Part shown: positions 52,649 through 64,000 of the stretch, piece after piece | Position numbering within the stretch: the first letter of the stretch is position 1 | Layout of the letters: every line of letters begins with the position of its first letter | Assembly (NCBI GenBank): GCA_973895155.1 | Contig: OZ316893.1 | Coordinates: 13,160,359 to 13,224,358 of the forward strand | DNA from: Marsupella aquatica | Taxonomy: Eukaryota; Plantae; Marchantiophyta | DNA: 64,000 nucleotides | Direction: 5' to 3' | Notes under the pieces: model-generated | Databases searched by the model: none | Seen by the model: the letters and a program-made list of their open reading frames with translations, nothing else | What the model was told of the DNA's origin: nothing | Position numbers and translations under genes: made by a program

Positions 52649-52732
52649 AGGGGGCCCATCAGGTAAAAAAAGTTCCCCGGGGGCCCATCAGGTAAGAAAG
52701 GTTCCGTAGAGGGCCCATCAAGCATATACCTC
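52649..52732 (-). repeat. MULE right TIR
   Basis: ...GGGCCCATCAGGTAAGAAAGGTTCCGTAGAGGGCCCATCAAGCATATACCTC followed by the TSD AATAATAGTT. Confidence 0.95.
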
Positions 52733-53092
52733 AATAATAGTTTGAGTAAAGTTGGAGTACTTTCATACAAGTTTTGGGGCTTACTTACAAAACTTTACTA
52801 GTAATGACGGTTGAGTAAAGTTGGAGTACTTTGATACCAGTTTTGGGGCTTACTTACGAAACTTTCCTAGTAATAATAGTTTGAGCAAAGTTGGAGTAGT
52901 TTGATATGAGTTTAGGGCCTACTTACGAAACTTTACTAGTAATAGTGGTATGATGTAAAGCTTGAGGCTTAATGCGAAACTTTACTAGTAATAATAGTTT
53001 GAGTAAAGTTTGAGTACTTTAATACGACTTTGGGGCTTAGTTGCGAAACTTTACTAGTAATAATAATTTGAGGGAAGTTTGAGTACTTTGAG
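52733..53092. repeat. ~70-bp tandem array, right part
   Basis: Resumes the unit of 20350-20571 in register; about five further copies. Confidence 0.9.
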
Positions 53093-56092
53093 TAATTTTA
53101 GTGATTTTTGGCTTTGTACTATTGAGGGCATTTTTGGAGAAGAAGAATCCACCCTCAACATTTGAATCAACTCATCATGTAGATTCTTGTGTAAAATTAG
53201 CAGAAATAAATATCTCTTAGTCTTCTAAGTATATTAAGGTCCTGTTACCAGAGCATTATGGAGACTGAATGCCCCTCAAAACTTAGTGGGTTGGAGCTCT
53301 ATTTTTTTAGGCATTCTAGCTATCCTACAATGCCATGTAAATAGGACTTTGCCATATTTATCCCTTACTGATTTCTTGTTTTAGGTTAAGGTGAATGCAC
53401 ATTCAAGATTTGGACCAAGGCACTATGAAATTCTACTCTTACTAGAGTAATTAAACCAACAAAGTTGAGTCTCACACATATAAGTGTATTAACAACTTGT
53501 TACTGGGGCAAAATGAACAACTAGTCAATTGTCCTTGCCACGTTTTCAATATATTTGTTTTTTTCCTTTCTAAGGACAAACACCCTTTTGAGCATTCCAA
53601 GCCTTCCTCCTGTAAAGACTCTGGTCAGTTTTGGCTTTGTATTTTTTAATAATTTACTGTAGTTTCCACAATATTATTGTGCTTACAAACAGGCCACTTC
53701 TTCCACTCCACCTGCAGTAAGGTGGCTACACTACTCTTGCTTCTTGAGGAACAAACTGTGGACTATTACTACCAAAACACCCTTATCTCCATCCCTTGTC
53801 ACCATTATCCTTGTTTTTATTAATGCTCATCTTCTCCCGAACTCCAGTCTTCTATTTTTCCTGCCCACTTTCCTGACTTGATACACCCCTGCATGTCAAG
53901 GATCAAAATGGTGTAGGGTTATTTATGCAATTTGATTCATCTTACACATATTTTTGTAATAAATGTAATTTGTCATAATTTATAATATGAACTGAACCCT
54001 TAAAGATATGAAAGTGACAAAAACATATTTCTAAACTATTTAAACAGTGCATTTATCATTCACAGTACAGTTTTATATATGAAAATTTGAAGAATGCAAA
54101 CCTTTGGAGAATGTAAACAACTCCAACCAAGCTCAATCTGGTCTTGTTTCAAGAGCTTGACATATGATCTGGTCTATAGCTCATGATGCCTCTGGAAGAA
54201 AGCGTTATCCTATACCTTATAAAGTTGTTTTGCTTTTCCTTTTTGCGGAAAAGGGGAAGGATAAGCAATCTTCTTTTCAATCCAAAAGCTCATCTGATTT
54301 TCGCCCTCTTCCAAAAGGAACCCAAATAACAAATTACTGAAAATCCTGTATGATTGAAGCCTGGTGGTCTAGCTATGACTTGGGACCAATAGGTCTCTGT
54401 TCAATCCCTTACTAGACAATTACCTCTAGGTTCTACTCTTGTAAGTAGCTTGGGTTTTGTTCTGAACCATCTTGGACGGGTTTAAAGACAGTGTTAAGCA
54501 CCATAGGTGCTTGTTCTGTGGAACAATATTTCCTACCCAACAGTTATTCTCCAGGGCTTGCTTGTGTCAGGGCTTGTGTATGTAGCATCTCGTGTAGCAT
54601 GGGTATGAGAGATATACTTGATGGACACCATGCCAGTAAAAGTTATCCACCAAATGTTTTGGCACATTGAACCCCTCTAGGAGCCATACAAGATATTCTT
54701 GGAGGGGTTCTTCTAAAGCAAGACTTTGGATTATTAAGAAGAAACTGGGTGAACAATGACTACAAGCTTTTGAACCACAAAACATGTTTGGTTGAACCGT
54801 GAATACAGGATGACAACCACAAACTATGCTTGGTTGATTCACATGCATTGAATGGGCTGGACATCATCATCATCATTGTTGGGACAATTTCCTCATGGGC
54901 ATAAGGCATGAGATGGCATTGTCTTGCATAAATGCAGCCCTTTCTTTTGCTGCCCTCAACTTGACTGATGGCCCAGCTGATGGCATCATATGAAAGAGGG
55001 AGAATTCTTTGCCCAATGGCAGTTCTCGTGGAGATCCTAGGGCAAATGGGAGCACAACGGCAGGAAAAGTTCCGACCCTTGCAGTCCCAACCTTTGAGAA
55101 AGAAATGCTCGATAGCATCTAAGCTTAGGTCTTTGAGCTCCTGGCTATGGAGTTCAGACTGTAGCACAGTTTTCGCGCCACTTCGACTACCCTCCCGCAC
55201 TCAGTTTTTCTCGGAATCTAGTTTTCTAAGTTGCATTAGCTTGCTCTTGCGAGGCGCATGAAATCAATATAAAACACGTCCAAAACGGTGCCGTATCGAC
55301 ATACTTATGGTCCCATTCATTTTTGTCGTTTTTCTGCGATTTTTGTCTTCCTTTCGACGGTCATATCTTGGTCAATCTTTCACAGATTTCAGATTTCTCA
55401 AGTGCTTTGTATAGCTCTTCTTTGAGAGAATCAGATTGATCCCAAGAGCGGTCCAATTGGTCTTCTATTGCCCCGATTGGACTTTGATTAGCTCTCACGT
55501 TTTTTCTTCAATTTCCACCGTTCTCACTTTCAATTAGCTTTGGGGTCCTGTAGCAGTTCCTCATTCACGGAATCCGACATTCTCATGTGATTTGGCCAGC
55601 TCTTGTCCAGGAGTGCAACATCTATCCCTACCGCGGTCCTTTTGGTGACATCTCAACCACTTTCGGCTCCGATTACGATTCTGATTTACTCCTCCATTTT
55701 TGGTGACGGTTTCCCTTGATCAGCTTTGGAGCATTCCTGTATTGCCACGTTTCTCCTCCGATTGGTGGTTGCCTTTCTTCTTCAGTTCTGACAAGGTGGC
55801 TTTTGCCAAGTTTAGTGGACCAGTTTGCATTCCACCATCTTTGGGAGCTGTAGCAGCACGCTCAAATCAACGGAGAGATATTCACTCGCACCGACTCCTC
55901 AACGGACACATCGACGAGTGCTCCATCTTTGTTCCCGGCTGTGCTTGCACGTGCTCAACGGTTTTCTAGGCTAGCAGTGGCGCCGTTTCTCGGATTTTGA
56001 CGCGGTGGGCTCTCTCCATAGCCTTCCCTTTCTTTTCACATGTCTTGGTTGGGCCTTTTGTCGCTTCTTGATACGCTTTTGCTTTTATCGGG

Positions 56093-59000
56093 TTGCGACC
56101 TGTCATGTCTACGTTGAGAGTGTTGGCGCGGGGCAAGCGCCCAACCCCCCCACACAGTTCTCCCCCCTCCTCCCCCCGCCTCGTGGTCGCCTTCGTGTTT
56201 GCTCTTCTTCATTGGATCTCTCTCATCTTCGTGATGACCCCATGCCCGATGGTCTGCCAGTCTCCCCAGTCTACTGCCCACCCCATCGATGCCCTGGCTC
56301 CTCTCCCCACCCCATTCCCCCCTCCACCCCTCCAGCATCCCCCTCCGGCCTCTTCATCCACGTCGGTTCCCCCCCCACCTCCTGTCCAATCATTCCCTGC
56401 TCCCTCCCCAGACGAGCGTCCCTTGCATACTTGTCCTGAGTGTGTCTGGGTTGGCCTCTCCCTTCCTCATCACCGCGGGCGGGGCCGGTGCCAACGTCGC
56501 CAGCAAGCACAATCCCAGCCCCAGCCCCCTCTTGACCCAGTTAGCTCTGCCCCTCCTTCCTTGGAGGCTTCCAAGCAGGCATGGAGTTGGGTTCACTCTC
56601 TAGACCCCCTTCCAGCCTACCATCCAGGTACATTAGACCTCGCCTTTATAACCACATCCCACTAACGTTGCGCCCATTAGTTCGGTCCTCCTTGTTGCAA
56701 CTCATGCAGCTTATCTTGGCGCATCCTATCGAGGTCTCCTATTGGTCTTTACTCATGCTTTTTCCACAGTGGACTCTTACCCTCCCTAGTCACGGTGGTC
56801 GCATGGGTCATCGTGAGACTGCCTCTCGTATCCATCGTTTTCTGCGGGGAGATTGGGAACAACTTCAGGAAGAGTACTTTCTTCGAGCCCATTCCTTTAC
56901 TACCCGTGCTTTGTCTGACCCAGCTCGCCACTCTCATCCTCCAGAGCATAGACGTCTTCGTCGCTCTTGTCGTTTAGCCCAGGCTGGTGAATATCGTCGT
57001 GCGGTCCAGGCCCTTTCTCCCACCACACCAGCCCCCCCTGGCGAGGTCACCTTGACGGCCCTTCAGGATCTCCATCCGCAGCCCTATGATCAGCTCCCTT
57101 TGTTCGTGGAGGATTTTGAGCCTGAGGAGGATCTTCAGTTTAGTAGGGCCCACTTCACCTATGCTTTCCTCCATGCTCCGCGTTGCGCGGCTGGTGGCCC
57201 CTCTGGCTATGTCTTTGAGCATTTTCATGATTTATTCCCCCCTGAGGATCCTCAGTCCGGTTTTCCAGTTTTCTTCTCCTTTTGCTAGTGTATTGTTGTC
57301 GGCCGTTTGCCTCCTCCCGTCTCTCGGCTTTTGAGTGCTTCTCGTTTATTGGCCATGGCTAAGTCTTCACCGGGTGTTCGGCCCATAGCTATTGGAGAGA
57401 TTTTTCTTCGTCTGGTGTCTCGCACACTTTCATCGTAGTATCACTTTGCACTATCGGATCATCTCTCTCCACATCAGTTTGTAGTGGGCGTTCCTGGTGG
57501 TTGTGAGACAGTTATTGCGGGTATTCGTACTACCTTGGACCTCCACCCTGATTGGGTTGTCCTCCAGGTTGATGTCTCCAATGCTTTCAATACGGTTTCT
57601 CGGGCAGCAATTTTTCGTGCTTTGAGGGCAGCGGATCCAGACATCAAGTCCCTTATCCCCTTTGTCCGTTGTTTTTATGGGTTCAAGGCCCCCCTCTTCT
57701 ATAGTCATCACACCTCTACAGGAGTGTATACCACTCTTTCTTCTGCAGAAGGTACACGTCAGGGTGACCCTTTGGGTGGGCCTCTTTTTGCCATTGCCCA
57801 TTTTACTGCTTTACGGGAAGCCTCCGCGGCCCACCCCCAATGTATCTTCCCCTCCCTTTCAGATGACACCCACATCATTGGTCCACCTGTTGCTGTTACT
57901 TCTGCCCTCGCCACCCTTTCCACCCATTTGTTGGGCCTCGGTTTACGAGTTCAGCCGGTGAAGAGTCGTGCATGGAGTCCAGCTGGGTTACCCTCTGATC
58001 TTGCGCTTCCCCCTAGGTTCTTACGTCCAGCCGACGGTCTTTGGGTCCTTGGCTCCCCAGTCGGTACCGCCTCCTTTTGCTCATCTTTCATTGCTGACGC
58101 TCTCCAGGCTGCCTTAGCCCCTACTCCTATGCTCCCTAAGTTAGCAGACTCTCAAGCAGCATTTGGGTTGTTGTTGAGATGCATCCACCCTCGTGCGTCC
58201 TATTTGGCTCGGACGCATCCCCCTACCGAGGATCTTTATCTACACCTCCAAGCGTTTGATGTCTCCATTCGTGAGACTTTGGCCTCTCTTTTAGGGCCAG
58301 GTACTTTGCTCTCATCTCCGTGGCTTCATCGACAGCTCAGTCTTCCTATTTCTCACGGTGGTTTTGGGCTTACTTCCACTGAGCGCCTTGCACCTTTGGC
58401 CTTCTTGGGCGCGTGGGCGGCCGCCTTCTCATTGTTGGCAGATTGTTTCCTTACTGAGGATCGACCTTTTTTACTTTCATCTCTCATGGAGGCCGAGGAG
58501 GGTTCCCTCCCATTTTAGGTTCATTTGCGCATGGCGCGGTCATCATTACCCGATCCTGTTCGAGCTGCGTTACCTTCATTCCAGGAGTTTTTATCCTTGG
58601 ACCCCGTCCATCTTCAGGCAGACCTTGTTGGGCGTATGCACGCTTTCACCCTTTCCAGCATCCTCACTGAGGCACCTGACACGGACCGAGCTCGGATTCT
58701 TTCTTCCGGAGGGAAGGGTGCAGGAGGCTGGCTTCAGGCCAATCCAGTCATTCCTCACCTGCGGATGTCTTCAGCGGAGTTTGCGACAGCCATGCGCCTT
58801 CGTATGGGCTTGCCCCACCCACTTCTTGCTGGTTTACCTCCTACTTGCACTTGTGGGCAGCCTTGTGATGCCACAGGTGTCCATCTTCTTTGATGCAGTT
58901 TGGGCGGCGAAACCATTTTTGTTCACGACGCTGTGAGAGATGCGACTGCTCAGGTTCTCTCTGGCTCTTTGGTCTGCACGCGGCGGGAGGTGGTGCTCGA

Positions 59001-59735
59001 GTTACCTGGTCCTCCATCACAGCGGTTACGGGTGGATCTTACCATGGTCCGTGAAGGTCACCGTACTTTGGCAGATGTAGTGGTGGCAAACCCATTGCGC
59101 CAAGACATCATTGGGATAGCGGCAACAACGGCAGGGGCAGCAGCATCACGAGCAGCAACAACGAAGGAGGCCAAATATGCTGCACGAGCTTCATCTGATA
59201 GCTTCCTGCCCCTTGCTCTTGAGATATTTGGGCGTCTCCATCATCAGTTCGACGGGCTTCTTCGCCAAGCTGCTCGGGATGTTCACGGCCGGATGGGTCC
59301 CATCGGGCCCCCGCTATCTATTTTGACCATGCACTTTCGCCAACGCATTTCAGTCACCTTATAGCGTGCTCAAGCTCGGGCCGTCTATCATCGATCTTTG
59401 ACAGTGGGTGCTAGTGTGACTCCGCAGCGGCTAGCCCCCCTAGAGGACATTCCTGTCCCACTTGCCGATCTAGTTTCGACACTTGATGTAGACCACTAGC
59501 TTGTTGCCACATTTGCTAGGTATGATGAGGACCTCAGTCCATTTGCGGTAGTTTTAGTTCCTCTTTCTTGGTTTTTAGGGGTTTCCTTTTGCTCACTTCT
59601 TTTAGTTCCTCTTTCTTGGTTTTTAGGGTTTCCTTTTGCTCACTTCTTTTGCGTTTGGTTTTGTCCACTTGGGACCTCTCTTGTTTATTCTTTTGTACTC
59701 TATTTGGCCTTTTTCTGTAAAAAGTATGTGTATAT
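56093..59735 (+). mobile_element. Non-LTR retrotransposon with RT and C-terminal restriction-like endonuclease (CRE-like clade), degenerate
   Basis: RT motifs VRPIAIGE, GVPGGCE, VDVSNAFN, GTRQGDPLG, LSDDTHI, LPISHGGFGL. Then CTCG..GVHLL.C, HDAVRD, RVDL, DVVV, KEAKY, FLPLALEIFG. Stops at 57286, about 57436, 58516, 58891 and 59362 in one frame; ORF ends at 59499. 5' boundary not determined. Confidence 0.85.
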
Positions 59736-61534
59736 TCAACTTTGAGAAACAAAAAATCAGGTGATGAAATGAGCATCGAGCAGTTCTATTCTCTCAACTA
59801 TGAGCTGACACCTAGCAGGACCATTAGATTTTGTGATCCATAGCAAGTCACTTTTTTCCTGGCAATTTGGGGACTTTTAAGGGCCATTACTCCCAAGATG
59901 CCCCTAACCAGGACAACCCTTATTAGCCCCAGTTTAAGGGGCCATTACTCCCACAATGCCCCTAACCTGGACATCAACTTATATATAGAGTACGAGTCAC
60001 TTTTGGGAAGAGACAAAATAAAGCTAAACACTGAAATGAAGGTCATGCAAGCGTTAGAAAGAGCTAAAATATTAAGAGTTTTAGGGTCATGGGAGGATTC
60101 GTTCACAAGCAATAGGGTGTAACGATGGAAGAAATTGAATGGCAGAATATTAGGCATGCAGGAGCAGTTAAAGCATCGGATAAACTTGAAAAGTTGAATG
60201 TAGCGGTGTCAGTATGTTAATGAAGGGTATGAAGATTCAATTTTGTGTAACATGATATGGTGGAATGGATTCCATAGGCCAATGCTTGAGACAAGGATTC
60301 ACATTTTATTTGATTTACCCAATTTAGTAAATGTACCAAATATTGTAAGGAAGTGGTTAGGAGATGCTGGTGGAAGGGATTAGGTATATAGTGGTAATCC
60401 TGGTATTTGCTGAGCTATTGGCACATCTATATTGCAGTCATCCAATTAGTGCAAAGTTTTTGTTACTATTTTAAATCAATTCTGGCCTATGATACCTGCC
60501 TTCCTTGTTTTCCTTTCCACTTTCAAACTACTTGAACCCCGATATATATTTTGATCATATCTATCTCCTGCTTTTCTTCCACCCCCTTTGTCTGCCCTAG
60601 AAAGAAAAATGCTTAGGCCAAGGCTTGCCCTCATCCTCCCAGCTCCAAATGGATTCATTTACCACAAGCTAAATAGTGTTTCTGTGTAAATATAGTTGTT
60701 GGTAATATGTATCAAACATCAAACACTATAATATGCTATTCCTCCTCGCACCCTTCCCAGCTCCAACTGGATTCATCTACCACAACTTAAATAGTCCTGC
60801 TGCGTAAATATAGTTCTTGGTAGTACTATGAACTGCTGTCCCACCCAAAAATATATTGCTTTGGTGCAATATGTTTACAAACGCCAAAAAGGAGTGAACA
60901 TAACTCTACAATCAGATGTTTTTGACATTCTTGGATAGACTCAAACTGTGCCCAAGAAATATATTTGCTTTTACAATAAGTAGATACCAGGTAGTGATGA
61001 CACCCAAAGTTTTGATGACACCTTATGTCAGTCTAGAGTACACTACATAGAATATTTCTGGCAAGTAGTCCCTACATGAGAAGTAGGGTAGATTGGTATG
61101 AGAGCTTTTTTATGGACCCTCATGAGATGTCCTTGGCTAATTCACTCCCACTAGATTGTGCCACATCAGCACAACCAGCCACAAACCGGAAAGATCATAT
61201 TTTTGACACTAATAAAAGTGTACATTCATGTTTGTGGCAAAAGCAATGTAATTTTTGGGGCGCCATGCTATAAGTATTAAGCTAAAAAACCAGCATACAA
61301 AAGAAGAGATATCATTTAATAAAATAAAGTTACCATTCTGATGTTTGTGAATGATAACAGTGCTTTACATCAAAATGCTTGTATTTTTTAATTGTTTGCA
61401 AGTTTGAATAATGGGGTCCATAATAAAACTAAATAATCAATCTCCTCAGTACTTGATGATGAAATATGTCAATGTTTGATTCCTTTTTTCCGAGGAATTT
61501 TCTTTTCAACTTTTCAGTACTTTGCCACTAAAAA

Positions 61535-61976
61535 TAAAAATATACACACTTTTTATATACAAAGGGACCAAACAGAGTACAAATGAACAAACAAAAGAGG
61601 GCCCAAGTGGACAAAACCAATCGAAAAAGAAGTGAGCAAAAGGGAACCACTAAACACCAAGAAAGAGGAACTAAAAGTAAGAAATGAACAATAGGGAACC
61701 CCTAAAAACCAAGAAAGAGAGAGAGACTAAAACTAACCCAAGCGGACCGAGGTCCTCATCATTCCTACCGATTGTGGCAAAAAGCTAATGGTCCACATCA
61801 AGAGTCAAAACTAGATCGGCAAGTGGGATTGGAACATCCTCAAGGGGAGCTAGCCGCTGCGGAGGCACACTAGCACCCACTGTAAGAGATCGACGATAGA
61901 TGGCCCGAGCTTGAGCACGCTGTAAGGTGACTGAAATGCGTTGGCGAAAGTGCGTGGTCAAAATAGAAAGCGGGGG
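61535..61976 (-). mobile_element. 5'-truncated inverted copy of the 3' end of the same non-LTR element
   Basis: Reverse complement aligns with about 59308-59735 (CCGCT.TCTATTTTGACCA.GCACTTTCGCCAACGC...GTGTATATT). Confidence 0.9.
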
Positions 61977-63232
61977 TCAAAAACTAAAGATGATTGTTTG
62001 AATTTACAATACTATCACGGTTTTTATTGTATTTTTTAAAATGTCACGGTTTCCGTATATAGCTCCCCTGGATACCTTTGGCAACTTCTCATCCATATAC
62101 AAAATCATGGCATTTTTATAAATACAAAAAAACCATGGCAATATTGTCAAATAGATTATCTTTAGTGGCAAACTACTTAAAAACTCGTTTTCTTTTTCAT
62201 TTATATCCGTTTTGGTTTTTCTTGATAGACTCCTTGTGTGTGTTGAGCTTTTGGAAGGCTTTTATTTTGTACTGCTGTGGTGGGCACATGATGCCGTGTT
62301 AGTTCAATAGACATGGAATCAACATTGTTCAGGCACAAGCTACTAGAGTTCATGAGATTAATGCAGTGGAAACTTTGAATATTATAATGGGTGTGGTACG
62401 AGCACTAGTACCTTGAGAACTGTTTCATCACTGAAGATGATGGAGAGTAATATGCTGTAAAAATAGTGGTAATCCAATAAGATTCTGAATAAAGAGGGGC
62501 CAAGAATAATTTTCTTCTAAATTTTAGGATACCCATGCAAGCCTAAAATTGTTGCACGTATTGGGGGGCTCCATATACTGAAACCCCCAAGGATGTCGAT
62601 GGAGGGAGGCAACAGCTCGTAGGAGGTGGGGGCAGCTGCAAGCACAAGTGCATTAGGCACTGCTTTCAAGTTGGGAGGCGAGGGAGGGAGGGAGGAAGGT
62701 TGTAAGTAGGCTAGGTGGTCATCAGGTCATTGGACCCACACATTACATTAGGGTGTCTCAAAACTTGAAGTAATGATGCCCCAAACTACCAGTTTTTGTC
62801 ACAGGTCAAGAGTGTGCGAACATGCATTTTTGTGTCCACCATTTTTGGGGGGAATTTGTCACAGTCCGCGATTGGAGGCAAAAAGGAGAGATTTGAGGTG
62901 CCCTATTGAGGAGTGTGGGCATAAAATCACACAATGCATTAAATCAAAAAGGTAATGAGGAGACCCGTCTCATTTTACAATGGCCATCTTGAAAACTTCA
63001 GTGTTTTTTGTGTAAAAAAAAGGGAATCAAAATGTTTTGCGTTCCAAATAAAGAGAGAATCAAATTTTAAGCTTAGAAATTATAGTGTTTTCAACATCAA
63101 AGAAAGAAAAACAAAAGAGAGGACAAGAAGAGACGGAGAATGAGTTGGGTGCAAATGAACATTCCATGCGTGCACAAGGATTGAGGGGGATCCTCCCATG
63201 CCCCACCCATGCTCAAAAAGGGGGAGAACTTG

Positions 63233-64000
63233 GAGGTATATGCTTGATGGGTCCTCTGGTGTAACTTTCTTACCTAATGGGCCCCTACAAAACATTTTTA
63301 CCTAATAGGCCCCCTCGACACTTGTGCATCAGTTGTTCTTCTAGCAATCACTCTAAACAATTTTTGTTTGATGCAATGACCAACTACGTCTCCAAAAACC
63401 TATGTGGTCAACCATGACTATAAGGCAAACTGCACGTCAAACTTTGCATCCAACCTTGCACAGTCAAACAGAAAAGTCAAATGACGCGGTTAGGGAAACC
63501 ACAAATTTGCAACCGCCGCTACCCAAACTGTGAAGTGAAGACAATATGGATTATGTCCAAGATTATGTCTTTGAATTTGAACCGCCGCCGCTACACAAAT
63601 TGCGAAGTGAAGACAATATAGATTATGTCTTCAAATTTGAATATTTACCGTACCGTGGGGTGTTTATAGGGCTTATTTTTACGTGCTCCACATAGGGTTT
63701 TCTTGACATTTTTGATCTGTGCCTGTCAATACAGAGGACATGTGTGTCGTTATGATCATGGTACTTCCACTAGCACTTTTTCTATCATTGACCATTGGGC
63801 ACTTGTTTTCTGTCACTAGGCACTAGACATTGGGCTTCAATCAACAACCTAAAGCTATCAACAAAACCCGAGCATCAAGCATCCACAAAAGCATCAATAA
63901 AACCTGAGTGCTTCCCTCCCACAACACAAAGAATCAAAGAGCGACGATTGTTAGGTAACGGCGATAAACCCTAAACCCCTCACAACACACAAATACATAA
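63233..64000 (+). mobile_element. Short non-autonomous derivative of the MULE family, running off the window end
   Basis: Begins GAGGTATATGCTTGATGGG (TIR) and follows the MULE left-end sequence; 63840-64000 then resembles the MULE right subterminal region 52275-52445. Confidence 0.85.

Larger units (their letters stand above)
20572..52732 (+). mobile_element. Giant Mutator-like element (MULE), 32,161 bp including a nested 17-kb CACTA
   Basis: 84-bp TIRs (20572-20655, 52649-52732); 10-bp TSD AATAATAGTT at 20562-20571 and 52733-52742; MuDR-type transposase inside. Confidence 0.95.

Noticed and set aside
54100-55260. Possible decayed LINE or gene remnant
   Set aside because: Only fragmentary ORFs with no convincing conserved motif.

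Overview
Land-plant nuclear DNA (GT-AG introns, TTTAGGG repeats, plant genes; possibly a non-seed plant) dominated by transposons. Left to right: (1) a degenerate full-length Ty1/copia LTR retrotransposon (2059-8969; 344-bp LTRs, AATAA TSD, tRNA-iMet PBS); (2) two convergent host genes, a DUF1279/FAM210B-like protein (+) and a GH36 raffinose-synthase/seed-imbibition (SIP-type) gene (-); (3) a 32.2-kb Mutator-like element (20572-52732; 84-bp TIRs, 10-bp TSD) inserted in a ~70-bp tandem array upstream of the SIP gene. It has an apparently intact six-exon transposase, accessory ORFs, telo-box clusters and many copies of a GAAGAC-N12-GTCTTC palindrome; (4) nested inside it, a 17-kb CACTA element (27613-44578; CACTAGAAGAA TIRs, AGT TSD) encoding TnpD- and TnpA-like genes plus unusual cargo: an EDM2-like PHD cluster, a tandem Pol-lambda-like BRCT protein, a Cys-rich ORF and a captured RPL18a exon; (5) a degenerate CRE-like non-LTR retrotransposon with an inverted 5'-truncated second copy; (6) the start of a short non-autonomous derivative of the MULE. 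The most notable signals are the chromatin-reader and DNA-repair cargo of the CACTA element and the VANDAL/VANC-like motif-array architecture of the MULE. All protein family calls come from recalled motifs, not database searches.
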